Counted from the first letter of the stretch, positions 1 to 16,074 are shown. The stretch: 64,000 nucleotides of DNA from Candidatus Aenigmatarchaeota archaeon (GCA_963726265.1 CAVSBQ010000002.1:64001-128000); one strand, 5' to 3'. Made by a program: numbers and translations. Notes: a model not told the origin generated them from the letters alone.

Positions 1-1
1 C

Positions 2-5972
<5,971 letters not shown>

Positions 5973-6036
5973 ATCTTTTCACACCCGAACACCCCGGTAA
6001 TCACGTCTGCCGGTATATGCAAAGCAAGTGAAATTT

Positions 6037-6459
6037 ATGGCGATGGTTGGAATTTCGCCCCTGATATCCGTGATAATGCTCATAGCCTTTACTCTCGCCG
6101 TTTCAGGCATCCTATTCGGCTGGATTTCGCAGTTCACCTATGCAGAAAGGGAGGAGTTCCAGACGTGTTCGAAGGCCCAGATAAGCCTGCAGAAGGCCTA
6201 TTACAACCCGGAGACTGGCAACATCAACCTCGTCGTGCAGAACACGGGCAGGGTCGATTTGAAAGGTTTTACCGTCCTCATTTCAACTGACAAGAGCGCG
6301 GAGACCGACAGGAGCTCCCTGGAAAAGGAGATAAAGGAAGGCGGCATAGGGCTTTTGCAGGTCAAACGCAGCGACGCCATCAGGACCATCGTGGTCCAGG
6401 CGGTCGAATGCAAGAATGCGCAGGACATGGTAACGATATACGACGTGGAGGGTTTGTGA
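6037..6459 (+). CDS. Archaeal type IV pilin/archaellin-like protein (class III signal peptide)
   Basis: N-terminus G|ISPLISVIMLIAFTLAVSG followed by a small beta-rich domain with a VQNTG motif. Alternative GTG start at 6028 would supply the Lys before the cleavage site. Confidence 0.8.
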   Translation: MAMVGISPLISVIMLIAFTLAVSGILFGWISQFTYAEREEFQTCSKAQISLQKAYYNPETGNINLVVQNTGRVDLKGFTVLISTDKSAETDRSSLEKEIKEGGIGLLQVKRSDAIRTIVVQAVECKNAQDMVTIYDVEGL

Positions 6460-6460
6460 T

Positions 6461-9400
6461 ATGAAAGCGAGAACGGGTCTTCTGTTTGCGTCATGCATAC
6501 TCATAGTTATAGTTTTGGCGCTGTCCCTTTTTCCGACAAAAGCCGCTGCGGCCTACAGGTGCTCGACATGCCAGGACAGCCCGAGCGTGTTCACGCTAGG
6601 CAAGGTGCAACTGGGGACCAGCAACACGCTATCGCTGAGGGGCTATGACCTCTACGGCATCAAGGAGATATCGATAAAATGCGAAAGGGCGGACGAAACG
6701 CCTCCGACCGTCGGCGTGAGCGCCATGCCTGTGAACGCCCTGAACTGCCCCGCCTTCCTGAAAAAGAATGCCAAGGCATCAATAAGCTGCGCCGACAGCG
6801 GCTCAGGATGCGACATGGAGAGCAAGAGCATAATGCTTTGGACCGAAAATCCGCCGGCAGCATGTCCATCCGACCCGTCCGATTACGATATGTATTTCCC
6901 GGACTCGAGCTACGACATAACCGAGCACACGTATGTCTGCGGCGCGGCCACAGACAACGCGGGCAACCCCGGCTTCTCTCCAAAGCCAATCGAGTTCTGC
7001 GTGGATTCGGAGAACCCGGAAGCCTCCCAGATATGGTATGAAAACCTGGGAGGGACTTCCGTCGACATAGTATGGTTCCAGTACACGCTGAACGCGGACT
7101 TCGACCACTATGAGCTCCATTATTCCCAGCACGCGGATTTCACGCCCGGCCCGGAAACCCTGCTTGCCAAGGTCATGACGCAGAAGACTGCTAACACCTA
7201 CGGCGTGGGCAACCTGGAAAAGGAGACGTTCTATTGTTTCAAGATCATCACCTACGACAAGACCGGCCTTACTTCGTCATCGGGAGAGCTTTGCCTGGAC
7301 ACGCTCCAGTGCAACGCAGGCGAGACGACGCAATGCTTCACTGACGACTACGGCATAACCTCATACGGCGATGACGTCATCACGCAAGGGGTATGCGAGC
7401 CGGGCGAAGCGGAATGTTCCGCGGGCTACTGGGGCTTGTGCGAGAACCAGGTCGGACCGTTCGCCGAGACGTGCAACGGGAAGGACGACGACTGCGACGG
7501 CTACACAGACAACTACTGGACTGGCGAACCCGCGCTGCTTTTCCGCTCCTGCACTGCGCCGGGCATATGCGGCATGGGCTATTACGAATGCGCCGGCGGA
7601 AAATGGGGCGACGAAAAGACCGACTGCAGCAGCCTGAGCTATGCGACAACCGAAGTCTGCAACGGCCTCGACGACGACTGCGACGGGATAAAAGACAACG
7701 TCGATGGAGCCACGTCGGTCGCGGCGACGAAATGCGGCTGCTACGGAGGAAGGCCTGCCACCACGGAGACATGCAACGGCATTGATGATGACTGCAATGA
7801 CTGGAGCACGCCGCACGAAGGGGTAGACGACGTCTATGACCAGCAGACGTGCGCATGCTACAGGGCCGCGCACGCCGCGGGAACGCTGCAGGAAACTTGC
7901 AACATGATTGACGACGACTGCGACGGACTCGTGGACGAGACATGGATAGCGACACTCGGCCATGGCTGGCCGCTTTATTTTGCAGGCTGCGGCGGCGGAA
8001 GCGTCTGCGAAGGCGGGCACTGGGAATGCAACGCCGCTGGGAACGGGACGGTCTGTTCGACCGTCGGCGGCAGCGAAAACGCAGTCGAACAGGAAACGTG
8101 CGACCTCATGGACAACGACTGTGATGGAACGGTGGACGAGGGCTGCGCGTGCTCTGCCGGCGAGTGGAGGAACTGCGGCCTTAACAAGGGGATATGCCAG
8201 CCGGGAACGCAGGAATGCGAAAGCGGCTTCTGGGGCAACTGCAGGAATTATGTCGGCCCACAGCCTGAAACATGCAACTGGCTTGACGATGACTGCGACG
8301 GGATAATCGATAATGTTAACGGCGGGAATTCCACGCAGAACACGCAGTGTGGGTGTTATAACGGAAGCGACCCTGCGGCGGAAACCTGCAACAACATAGA
8401 TGACAACTGCGACGGGATAATGGACAATATTGACGGCGGTAATTCGGTCGCGGCGACGGGCTGCGCCTGCTACGCCAACAGCACGTTCAGAGGCGTCAAA
8501 GGTCAGGAAATCTGCAACGGCCTCGACGACGACTGTGACGGAGCGGTGGACGAGACCTGGCCCGGCATAGGCACGGCATGCGGCACGGGAATATGCTCAG
8601 GCGGCGTCGTGAGCTGCGCCCTGGGCGGCAACGACACCGTGTGCTCGACCATGAGCTCCGCGGGCCTAGGCAACACGAGCGACGTGCGCCAGCCCGAGAT
8701 ATGCAATGGCCTCGACGATGATTGTGACGGGATAGTGGACAATGTTAACGGCGCCGCATCTGTCGGAGAAACGCAGTGCGGCTGCTATAATAATACTTAT
8801 GCAAAGGGAGCGAAGGCGGAGACGTGCAACCACATAGACGACGACTGTGATGGAGCGGTAGACAATAACCTGACATGCCTGTGTTATGAAGGCCAGAGCA
8901 AGCCCTGCGGCTCCAACGTCGGCGAGTGCAGCCTCGGCCGCGCCGCGTGTGATGGCGGCGTGTGGGGCGCGTGCAAGGGCGGCAAGAGCCCGGCAAAGGA
9001 GGTATGCAACAGGGATGACGACGACTGCGACGGGGTGATAAACAACGTCGGCGGCAAATATTCCATAGAGGAAACGCAGTGCGGCTGCTACAACGGCAGG
9101 AAGCCTTCCGTCGAGAAATGCAACGGTATAGATGACGACTGCGACGGCAAGGTGGACGACGACGTCGAATGCAGGTGTGAAACTGGCCAGGAGATGCAGT
9201 GCGGCTCCAACGTCGGCGTATGCTCACCAGGCACCAAGAAATGCATCGGCGGGAAATGGGGCGAATGCACCGGTGGCACGCTGCCTTCTGCGGAAACCTG
9301 TAACGGCGACGACGACGACTGCAACGGGGTCGTCGACGACGTGAACAGAGGAAATTCGATAGGCTCGTCCGCATGCGCGTGCTACAACAGGTTCGCCATG

Positions 9401-11743
9401 CCGGGCACGCAGGAGGAGATATGCAACGGGATTGACGACGATTGCGACGGAGCGATTGACGAAGGCTGCGGCAGCCAGCCGGGCCACTGCCAGAACGGCG
9501 TCATGGACGGGGATGAGAAAGGGATTGACTGCGGCGGCTCGTGCAAACTCTGCTCTGCGCCCGTCAGCGTGAGCACGTGGATGCTCGTTTTCGCGGTGAT
9601 CGCCGGCGTTATAGCCGTGTTCGGCATATTCCTCAGCTCGTTCTGGAAAGGCGAGAAGAAGTCGCTCTTCGAGAGGACGGGCGGTAGGCGCAGGAGCGCT
9701 TTCCTGTTTTCGGCATTCTTGGCCGCCTCGCTGTTCATGGTTGCATTATGCGTTTACCCGCTCACGGCAGAGGCGCAGGGCACGCTGCCCACCTTTGAGA
9801 AAATATGGAGCTGCGCCAACGGCGGCCTTTCGGGCTGCGCGGAGAACTGCGGAGGCACGAAATACGAGAAGAATATCGACCTGAGCTTCAGCGCGCCCGA
9901 GGCGGGCTATTACACCTGCACGATAACCGCAACCGCGAACCTTTTCAATTATGCGAACGGGGTCGAAGAAGTCGCGGAGTACAGCGACGTTTACCTGAAC
10001 GGCGCAAAGGTCGGGACAACCGAGGACGCATGGTGCCCGCCCAGCCCCGAATGCAAGAGCACCGTCCCGGACACGCCATCGACGGGCATTCTTAAAACTC
10101 CCACATATTTCCCCGGAGGCTACGGCCAGAGCGTCAGCAACTTCTGCAAGAAGGGCAGCGCCACCTTCAGCATATGGAGCATCCCTTCGTCCGAGCTGCA
10201 GGATGTATACAACCGTGAGCTCAACAACCAGGAAAGATCGTATAACATTTTCGGCCTGGGCAACAGCCAGAACAGGAATTCCATGATGGCAAGGTTCCAG
10301 TATTACATAACGAACTGGAAAACAAAGGCAGGCAGATACATCGTCTGCCTCGGCGGAGGGACGTGCGCGGCCTGCAATTGCTGCAACTGCTTCGAGAACC
10401 TAGAAGTCCAGGATACATGGTGCGGCGACGCCATAGACAGGCCCAACTGCCGCCTGCTGGTGGACGGAGGCAGCGGCGGCCTATCAGCCGACCCTTACGG
10501 CACTCTCATACGCACGGCGCCTTACACATACAAGGTCACATGGGATTCCGATGCGGGAGCCGTATGCCTGTCCAGGATATCACCGGCCTGCCCCAAAACC
10601 GGATCGCTGAGCGGGCTGTGCAAGCAAAGATGCATTGAAGCAAACGGCATTCCCGCATTCGCCTTCAACAACTACTGCGTGGGCAGCAGATGTTCAACCA
10701 CCTACACCAGCGCCTCAACAGGCACCACCACAGGCAGCATAAGCCTGAATTCCATAACCTGCGATGCCGTGGTAACGGAAGCGCCTGAAAGCTGCCCGGG
10801 CTACAGCTCTTCCTCCGGCTCATCATCAACTTCGCAGCTTGCCTCGCCCGATGAAGCCAGCGGGGATTTCAGCGTCGTGGTCATGCCCGACACGCAGACT
10901 CTCGCCGAGAGCAAGTTCTGCAGCCAGACCTCGTGGATAAAGGACAACAAGAAAGCCCTCAACATAAAGTTCGTGGTCCATCTTGGCGACCTGGTGGAGG
11001 AGCCGTTCTCGGCAGCGCGGTGGCAATGGGCTGACAAATGCATGGACACCCTTGATAACGTTGTCCCTTACCTCGTCATTCCGGGCAACCACGATTACGA
11101 AAACTACTGCAGGGACGAGGTGAAAAGCACAATCATGTATAACCAGTATTTCCCTTATACCAGGTTCCAGGATTACAGCTGGTACGGCGGCCATTACCCT
11201 GCGAACGGCAACCAGAACAGCTACGGCCTTTTCGCCAGCGGCGGCAAGAAGTTCCTGGTCATCGGCCTTGAGCTGTGCCCCAGCGACGCGGTGCTGAGCT
11301 GGGCCGACGGCATAATCAACAAATACCCGGACAGGGAGGTCATACTCTTCACCCACGCCTATCTCAACACGACCAACAAGAGACTTGCCAGCATCGAGGG
11401 CGCCACGGGCATCGCAATAAAATGCTGCGCCGACGGCAGGGGCAACAGCGGAGTGGACATGTGGAACGAGCTGGTGACGAAGCACCCGAACATAATCATT
11501 GTCGCCTCGGGCCACGTCCCCGGTACGGGCAAGAGGACGGATTACGTGAGCAGCGGCTCGGATACGACCAAGCCCATCCACCAGACGCTGCAGGATTACC
11601 AGGACAAGGCGAATGCCATGCTCAGGATTTACACCTTCAGCCCTTCGAATAAAAAAATCACGGTTAAGACGTATTCTCCCTACCAGAAAGTATATGACGC
11701 CGCGTCGTCGAACAGCTTCTCCCTTCCGTGGCCAGGTATCTGA
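6461..11743 (+). CDS. Giant surface protein: signal peptide, FN3-like domain, ~14 Cys/Asp repeats, two internal hydrophobic helices, C-terminal calcineurin-like metallophosphoesterase
   Basis: Repeats ETCNGxDDDCDG; FN3-like segment ending GNLEKETFYCFKIITYD; phosphoesterase motifs PDTQ, HLGDLV, GNHD, FTH, SGH. Confidence 0.88.
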   Translation: MKARTGLLFASCILIVIVLALSLFPTKAAAAYRCSTCQDSPSVFTLGKVQLGTSNTLSLRGYDLYGIKEISIKCERADETPPTVGVSAMPVNALNCPAFLKKNAKASISCADSGSGCDMESKSIMLWTENPPAACPSDPSDYDMYFPDSSYDITEHTYVCGAATDNAGNPGFSPKPIEFCVDSENPEASQIWYENLGGTSVDIVWFQYTLNADFDHYELHYSQHADFTPGPETLLAKVMTQKTANTYGVGNLEKETFYCFKIITYDKTGLTSSSGELCLDTLQCNAGETTQCFTDDYGITSYGDDVITQGVCEPGEAECSAGYWGLCENQVGPFAETCNGKDDDCDGYTDNYWTGEPALLFRSCTAPGICGMGYYECAGGKWGDEKTDCSSLSYATTEVCNGLDDDCDGIKDNVDGATSVAATKCGCYGGRPATTETCNGIDDDCNDWSTPHEGVDDVYDQQTCACYRAAHAAGTLQETCNMIDDDCDGLVDETWIATLGHGWPLYFAGCGGGSVCEGGHWECNAAGNGTVCSTVGGSENAVEQETCDLMDNDCDGTVDEGCACSAGEWRNCGLNKGICQPGTQECESGFWGNCRNYVGPQPETCNWLDDDCDGIIDNVNGGNSTQNTQCGCYNGSDPAAETCNNIDDNCDGIMDNIDGGNSVAATGCACYANSTFRGVKGQEICNGLDDDCDGAVDETWPGIGTACGTGICSGGVVSCALGGNDTVCSTMSSAGLGNTSDVRQPEICNGLDDDCDGIVDNVNGAASVGETQCGCYNNTYAKGAKAETCNHIDDDCDGAVDNNLTCLCYEGQSKPCGSNVGECSLGRAACDGGVWGACKGGKSPAKEVCNRDDDDCDGVINNVGGKYSIEETQCGCYNGRKPSVEKCNGIDDDCDGKVDDDVECRCETGQEMQCGSNVGVCSPGTKKCIGGKWGECTGGTLPSAETCNGDDDDCNGVVDDVNRGNSIGSSACACYNRFAMPGTQEEICNGIDDDCDGAIDEGCGSQPGHCQNGVMDGDEKGIDCGGSCKLCSAPVSVSTWMLVFAVIAGVIAVFGIFLSSFWKGEKKSLFERTGGRRRSAFLFSAFLAASLFMVALCVYPLTAEAQGTLPTFEKIWSCANGGLSGCAENCGGTKYEKNIDLSFSAPEAGYYTCTITATANLFNYANGVEEVAEYSDVYLNGAKVGTTEDAWCPPSPECKSTVPDTPSTGILKTPTYFPGGYGQSVSNFCKKGSATFSIWSIPSSELQDVYNRELNNQERSYNIFGLGNSQNRNSMMARFQYYITNWKTKAGRYIVCLGGGTCAACNCCNCFENLEVQDTWCGDAIDRPNCRLLVDGGSGGLSADPYGTLIRTAPYTYKVTWDSDAGAVCLSRISPACPKTGSLSGLCKQRCIEANGIPAFAFNNYCVGSRCSTTYTSASTGTTTGSISLNSITCDAVVTEAPESCPGYSSSSGSSSTSQLASPDEASGDFSVVVMPDTQTLAESKFCSQTSWIKDNKKALNIKFVVHLGDLVEEPFSAARWQWADKCMDTLDNVVPYLVIPGNHDYENYCRDEVKSTIMYNQYFPYTRFQDYSWYGGHYPANGNQNSYGLFASGGKKFLVIGLELCPSDAVLSWADGIINKYPDREVILFTHAYLNTTNKRLASIEGATGIAIKCCADGRGNSGVDMWNELVTKHPNIIIVASGHVPGTGKRTDYVSSGSDTTKPIHQTLQDYQDKANAMLRIYTFSPSNKKITVKTYSPYQKVYDAASSNSFSLPWPGI

Positions 11744-11787
11744 TTTCGCGGCGTGCTGGCTTGCTGTTAACCTTTTTATTGGAAAGC

Positions 11788-12267
11788 TCACGGGAGCCTG
11801 ATGCCTGAAAGCAGGGAAACGTATTTATCCAGGCGCCTTATCTCCTTCTCGAGCGTTTCAATAGCCTTCAGCACGTCTCCGCCGCTGTCATGGAGCTTCG
11901 CCAGCCTCTCCTTCGAGCTTCCAAGCCCGGCAAGCGAGCCGTCAATCCCCCTCTTGAGCCGCATGAGGAATATCTTCTTCAGCGACTCCAGCAGGTCGCC
12001 GCTCAGCTCTATGTAGAGCCTGCGGTCCTGCGATTTCTTCACTTTCCTCACGATGCCCAGGACCTCTAGAAAGTCCATGCTCAGGGATACCATCGATATC
12101 GAATAGCCGGTCTTCCTGGCGATGTCTTGGAGCGACATCGAGCCCCCGCCGATTATCAGCGAGCCGATTATATTGCCGTGTATGGGCGAGAAGCCTATGG
12201 ATTTCGCCAGCTCGGAAAACGTCTCCAGGATGCCCTTCTCTATCGCGCGTATTTCATCGTCGGCCAT
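11788..12267 (-). CDS. GbsR/MarR-family winged-helix transcriptional regulator
   Basis: GFSPIHGNIIGSL..MSLQDIARKTGYSISMVSLSMDFLEVLGIV..RRLY plus a C-terminal helical region. Confidence 0.8.
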   Translation of the reverse strand: MADDEIRAIEKGILETFSELAKSIGFSPIHGNIIGSLIIGGGSMSLQDIARKTGYSISMVSLSMDFLEVLGIVRKVKKSQDRRLYIELSGDLLESLKKIFLMRLKRGIDGSLAGLGSSKERLAKLHDSGGDVLKAIETLEKEIRRLDKYVSLLSGIRLP

Positions 12268-12335
12268 GGCAATCAAGCTCCATGCAAATCAATCCGATTC
12301 CCGCTAATTTTATAAATACAATGGATTAATTATTA

Positions 12336-12365
12336 TTGAACATTTAAAACTTTTTAAAAGTTCAA
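12336..12365. promoter_or_regulatory. 30-bp inverted repeat (candidate operator) between the divergent regulator and tes
   Basis: TTGAACATTTAAAA-CT-TTTTAAAAGTTCAA; the arms match at 13 of 14 positions. Confidence 0.6.
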
Positions 12366-12406
12366 AAAGCTCTCCAAGAAGGGTTTTTGGATGATTGGAT
12401 GATTTC

Positions 12407-14032
12407 ATGACCGAGGAAACGAACAAGGAACAGCAGGAGCCTTTCCGCTCCATGACAACCTCCATATGTCCCGAATGCCTGAAGATAATCCCGGCCGAGG
12501 TGTTCGAGGAGGAAGGGAAGATATGGATAAGGAAGAGATGCGGCGAGCACGGCGAGTTCAGCGACCTCTACTGGGGCTCCGCCGAGATGTTCAGGAAGGC
12601 CGGCAGGTTCGCCTACGACGGCAAGGGCGTCGAGAACCCGAACGTGACCAAGGATTCGCCCGTTTGTCCCAAGGACTGCGGCCTCTGCTCGATACATAAA
12701 TCCCATACCGCGCTCGCGAACCTCGCGGTCACGAACCGCTGCGATCTGTCGTGCTGGTATTGCTTCTATTATGCCAAGAAGGCGGGCTACGTCTACGAGC
12801 CTTCGCTGGAGGAGCTGAGAAGGGCCGTGAAGCTTCTTACAGCCCAGAAGCCCGTCCCGGGCAACGCCATCCAGCTGACCGGAGGGAATCCGGAGCTCAG
12901 GGACGACCTCGTGGACATCATAAAGATGATAAAAAACGAAGGCATCGACCACATCCAGCTCAACATGAACGGCACGCACAGGTTCTGGAAGGACGCTGAA
13001 TGGACGCAGCAGGTCAAGGACGCCGGCATCAACACCATCTACCTCTCATTCGACGGCGTGACGCCGCAGACGAATCCCAAGAACCATTACGAGATCCCTT
13101 ACATGCTCGAAAACGCAAGAAACGCGGGCATAGGCATCGTCCTCGTCCCGACCATAATAAACTCCGTGAACGACCACGAGGCCGGCAGCATACTGAAATT
13201 CGGCTTCAGGAACATGGACGTCGTGCGAGGCGTCAACTTCCAGCCCGTCTCGCTGGTCGGCAGGATGCCCAAAAAAGAACGGGAGAAGCACAGGATAACC
13301 ATCCCGGACCTGATACAAAGGATAGAGGAGCAGACGGGCGGCCAGGTCGCGAAAGAGGACTTCTATCCGGTGCCGGCCATCGGCGCCATAACCGAATTCG
13401 TGGAGTCGCTGGTCAAGAGGCCGCAGTATTCGCTTTCTACGCATTTCGCCTGCGGCATGGCCACCTACGTCTTCGAGAACGAGGGCAAAATGCTGCCCAT
13501 AACGAGGTTCATCGATGTCGAAGGGCTCTTCGAATATCTAAAACAAGAGGCCGAAGAGCTGCGCAAAGGCGCGAGCAAATACATCGTCGGCGCCAAGATG
13601 CTTTTCAAAATCAACTCCTTCATAGACGGCAAGAAGGCGCCAAAAGGGTTTTCGCTGGGCAAGATAATATATGACACGCTGATGAAGCACGACTACAGCT
13701 CGCTGGGCGCTTTCCACCACAAGTCATTGTTCATCGGCATGATGCATTTCATGGACTTGTATAATTATGACATCGAGCGCGTCAAGCGCTGCTGCATCCA
13801 TTATCTCACGCCGGAAGCGGTCATTCCCTTCTGCGCGTTCAACGTCATCCCCGAATGGTATCGCGACAAGGTGCAGAATATCTACGGCATCTCGTTCGAG
13901 GAATGGGAGAGGCGCACGGGCAAGAAGATGAAAGACGACGCCTGCGTCCGCGACATAGAGCAGCTGAAGAACTCCGAGCTTTACAGAAAGACCTACGAGG
14001 GCTTCCTTCCGCCTGAAGCGCCCCAGGCGTGA
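12407..14032 (+). CDS. tes: Radical SAM tetraether lipid synthase (Tes / GDGT-MAS, MJ0619 family)
   Basis: N-terminal CPEC..CGEHG, CPKDCGLCSIH cluster motif, radical SAM CDLSCWYC, THFACG, and C-terminal RVKRCCIHY..PFCAFN, matching the MJ0619-family architecture. Confidence 0.85.
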   Translation: MTEETNKEQQEPFRSMTTSICPECLKIIPAEVFEEEGKIWIRKRCGEHGEFSDLYWGSAEMFRKAGRFAYDGKGVENPNVTKDSPVCPKDCGLCSIHKSHTALANLAVTNRCDLSCWYCFYYAKKAGYVYEPSLEELRRAVKLLTAQKPVPGNAIQLTGGNPELRDDLVDIIKMIKNEGIDHIQLNMNGTHRFWKDAEWTQQVKDAGINTIYLSFDGVTPQTNPKNHYEIPYMLENARNAGIGIVLVPTIINSVNDHEAGSILKFGFRNMDVVRGVNFQPVSLVGRMPKKEREKHRITIPDLIQRIEEQTGGQVAKEDFYPVPAIGAITEFVESLVKRPQYSLSTHFACGMATYVFENEGKMLPITRFIDVEGLFEYLKQEAEELRKGASKYIVGAKMLFKINSFIDGKKAPKGFSLGKIIYDTLMKHDYSSLGAFHHKSLFIGMMHFMDLYNYDIERVKRCCIHYLTPEAVIPFCAFNVIPEWYRDKVQNIYGISFEEWERRTGKKMKDDACVRDIEQLKNSELYRKTYEGFLPPEAPQA

Positions 14033-14064
14033 ATATAAATAGCCCCTACAAAATTCTACTTATT

Positions 14065-14637
14065 ATGAAAATCATTCCGCTTGAAGCCGCCCTGAAGGAC
14101 ATGAACCGCGTCGAGCTGGCGAAGGCCATACGCAACGGCGCCGTCCTTATCTACCCGACTGACACGCTATACGGCATCGGCTGCAACGCGCTGGTGAGGG
14201 AAGGCGTGGAGAAGATCATGAAGGCGAAGGGCCGCGAGCCGGGCAAGCCTTTCTCTGTCATCGCGCCGTCGAAGGCATGGATAACCGAGAACACGCGCAT
14301 AACCGCGGACAACGCGCAGTTCGTCGACAACCTGCTTCCGGGGCCATACACCGTCATACTAAAGTCCAAGATAAACATACCGCTCGTCACGGGCGAAGGC
14401 AAGCTCGGCGTGCGCATCCCGCGCAGCGAGTTCTGCGACTTCATCCGCTCGCAGGGCTTCCCGTTCGTCACGACCTCCGTCAACCTCTCGACCACTGGTC
14501 CCGTAACGTGCCTGAGCGACGTCCCCGCCCGCATAGCGGAAGCGACCGACTACGCGATAGATGCCGGCGAGCTCAACGGCATTTCTTCCAGGATTTTCGA
14601 CATCAGCGGCAAGGACCTGCAGATAGTGAGATGGTAA
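14065..14637 (+). CDS. tsaC: Threonylcarbamoyl-AMP synthase (YrdC/Sua5 domain)
   Basis: YPTDTLYGIGC, KGR..KP, LPGPYTVI, GVRIP and TTSVN motifs. Confidence 0.9.
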   Translation: MKIIPLEAALKDMNRVELAKAIRNGAVLIYPTDTLYGIGCNALVREGVEKIMKAKGREPGKPFSVIAPSKAWITENTRITADNAQFVDNLLPGPYTVILKSKINIPLVTGEGKLGVRIPRSEFCDFIRSQGFPFVTTSVNLSTTGPVTCLSDVPARIAEATDYAIDAGELNGISSRIFDISGKDLQIVRW

Positions 14638-14642
14638 GATAT

Positions 14643-15329
14643 ATGGATGAGAGGGAAATCCTCAGCAGACTCAAAGCCATGCGCAACCCGGCTAACGTCG
14701 CTGGAATGGCGAGGTTCGGCATAAACTCGGAAAACACCCTGGGAATCTCAGTATACGACCTGAGAAATATGGCGAAAGAAATAGGCGTCGATCACGGGCT
14801 CGCGCTCAGGCTGTGGGATTCCGGCATACACGAGGCCCGCCTTCTTGCGGTTTTTCTGGACGAGCCAGCGAAAGTCAATGAAGCTCAGATGGAGAAATGG
14901 GCAGGTGATTTCAATTCATGGGACGTCTGCGACCAGGCCTCCACCAGCCTCTTTGACCAAACCGGTCTGGCGTGGAAAAAGGCCAGAGAATGGAGTTCGC
15001 GAGAAGAGGAATTCGTCAAGCGCGCAGGCTTCGCGCTTATGGCGGGCCTGGCCGTCCACGACAAGAGCGCCGGTAACGAGGCCTTCATCGGGCTTCTACC
15101 GATTATAAAACGCGAAGCGAAAGACGGGCGCAACTTCGTGAGGAAGGCGGTCAACTGGGCGCTCAGGAACATAGGCAAGCGCAACATTATTTTGAACAGG
15201 GAGGCCGTAAAAACTGCGAAAGAAATCGCCAAAATCGACTCCAAAAGCGCGAAATGGATAGCTGCGGACGCGCTGCGAGAGCTTGAAAGCGCGAAGGTGA
15301 AAACCAGGCTGAAAAAAGGCCAGCGGTAA
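14643..15329 (+). CDS. DNA alkylation repair protein (AlkD-like HEAT-repeat glycosylase)
   Basis: LWDSGIHEARLLA, SWDVCD and FVRKAVNWALRNIGKR. The real start is probably the ATG at 14643. Confidence 0.85.
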   Translation: MDEREILSRLKAMRNPANVAGMARFGINSENTLGISVYDLRNMAKEIGVDHGLALRLWDSGIHEARLLAVFLDEPAKVNEAQMEKWAGDFNSWDVCDQASTSLFDQTGLAWKKAREWSSREEEFVKRAGFALMAGLAVHDKSAGNEAFIGLLPIIKREAKDGRNFVRKAVNWALRNIGKRNIILNREAVKTAKEIAKIDSKSAKWIAADALRELESAKVKTRLKKGQR

Positions 15330-15423
15330 AAAATTTTCCTGATTTTTACGTGGTGCAAAATAGCTTTAAATAGGTTCGTAGCATAATTAATAATAATTTC
15401 TAAGTTTGTGGGGTGTCGTTATA

Positions 15424-16035
15424 ATGGCTAAAATTTCCAAGCAATCTGCAGGTGTCGGCAAGGCCACTGCCAAAAGCGAATTCACGATAAAAATCGAGAA
15501 CGTCGTCGCTTTTACGTCGCTGAACATAAAAATTTCATTGAACAAGCTGGTAAACTCGGTCGAGAACACGGAATACGAGCCGGAGCAGTTCCCGGGCCTC
15601 GTCTACAGACCGACGAATCCCAGAGCCGCCGCCCTTATCTTCTCTTCAGGCAAAATCGTATGCACGGGGACGAAATCGATAGACATGGCCAAGGAAGCGA
15701 TGAGGAAGGTCGTCGGGAAGATAAAGGATTCCGGCTTCAAGGTCCCCGATAAATACCCGATACAGGTCGAGAACATAGTCGCCTCCTCAAGAATAAAGGC
15801 GGCGCTGAACCTCGAGGACATCGCCTTCTCGCTGGAGAACGCCGAATACGAGCCGGAGCAGTTCCCGGGCCTGGTTTACAGGATAGGCGACCCGAGAGTC
15901 GCGTTCCTGCTGTTCTCTTCCGGCAAGATAATCTGCACTGGCGCACAGAGCGAGGACGACATCCACCGCGCGCTGGCCAAGTTCAAGGTCAAGCTGGAAG
16001 GCATCGGCGTCAAGGTCAAGCCGATGGCGGAGTGA
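15424..16035 (+). CDS. tbp: TATA-box binding protein
   Basis: Two direct repeats of ENxVA..EYEPEQFPGLVYR..LxFSSGKIxCTG. Confidence 0.97.
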   Translation: MAKISKQSAGVGKATAKSEFTIKIENVVAFTSLNIKISLNKLVNSVENTEYEPEQFPGLVYRPTNPRAAALIFSSGKIVCTGTKSIDMAKEAMRKVVGKIKDSGFKVPDKYPIQVENIVASSRIKAALNLEDIAFSLENAEYEPEQFPGLVYRIGDPRVAFLLFSSGKIICTGAQSEDDIHRALAKFKVKLEGIGVKVKPMAE

Positions 16036-16074
16036 ACCGATTTTCTCAATATCTTACATAGATTTGATAACTTT

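Noticed and set aside
14277..14642. N-terminal extension of the AlkD-like ORF
   Set aside because: It overlaps tsaC in another frame; the family-like sequence starts at the ATG at 14643.
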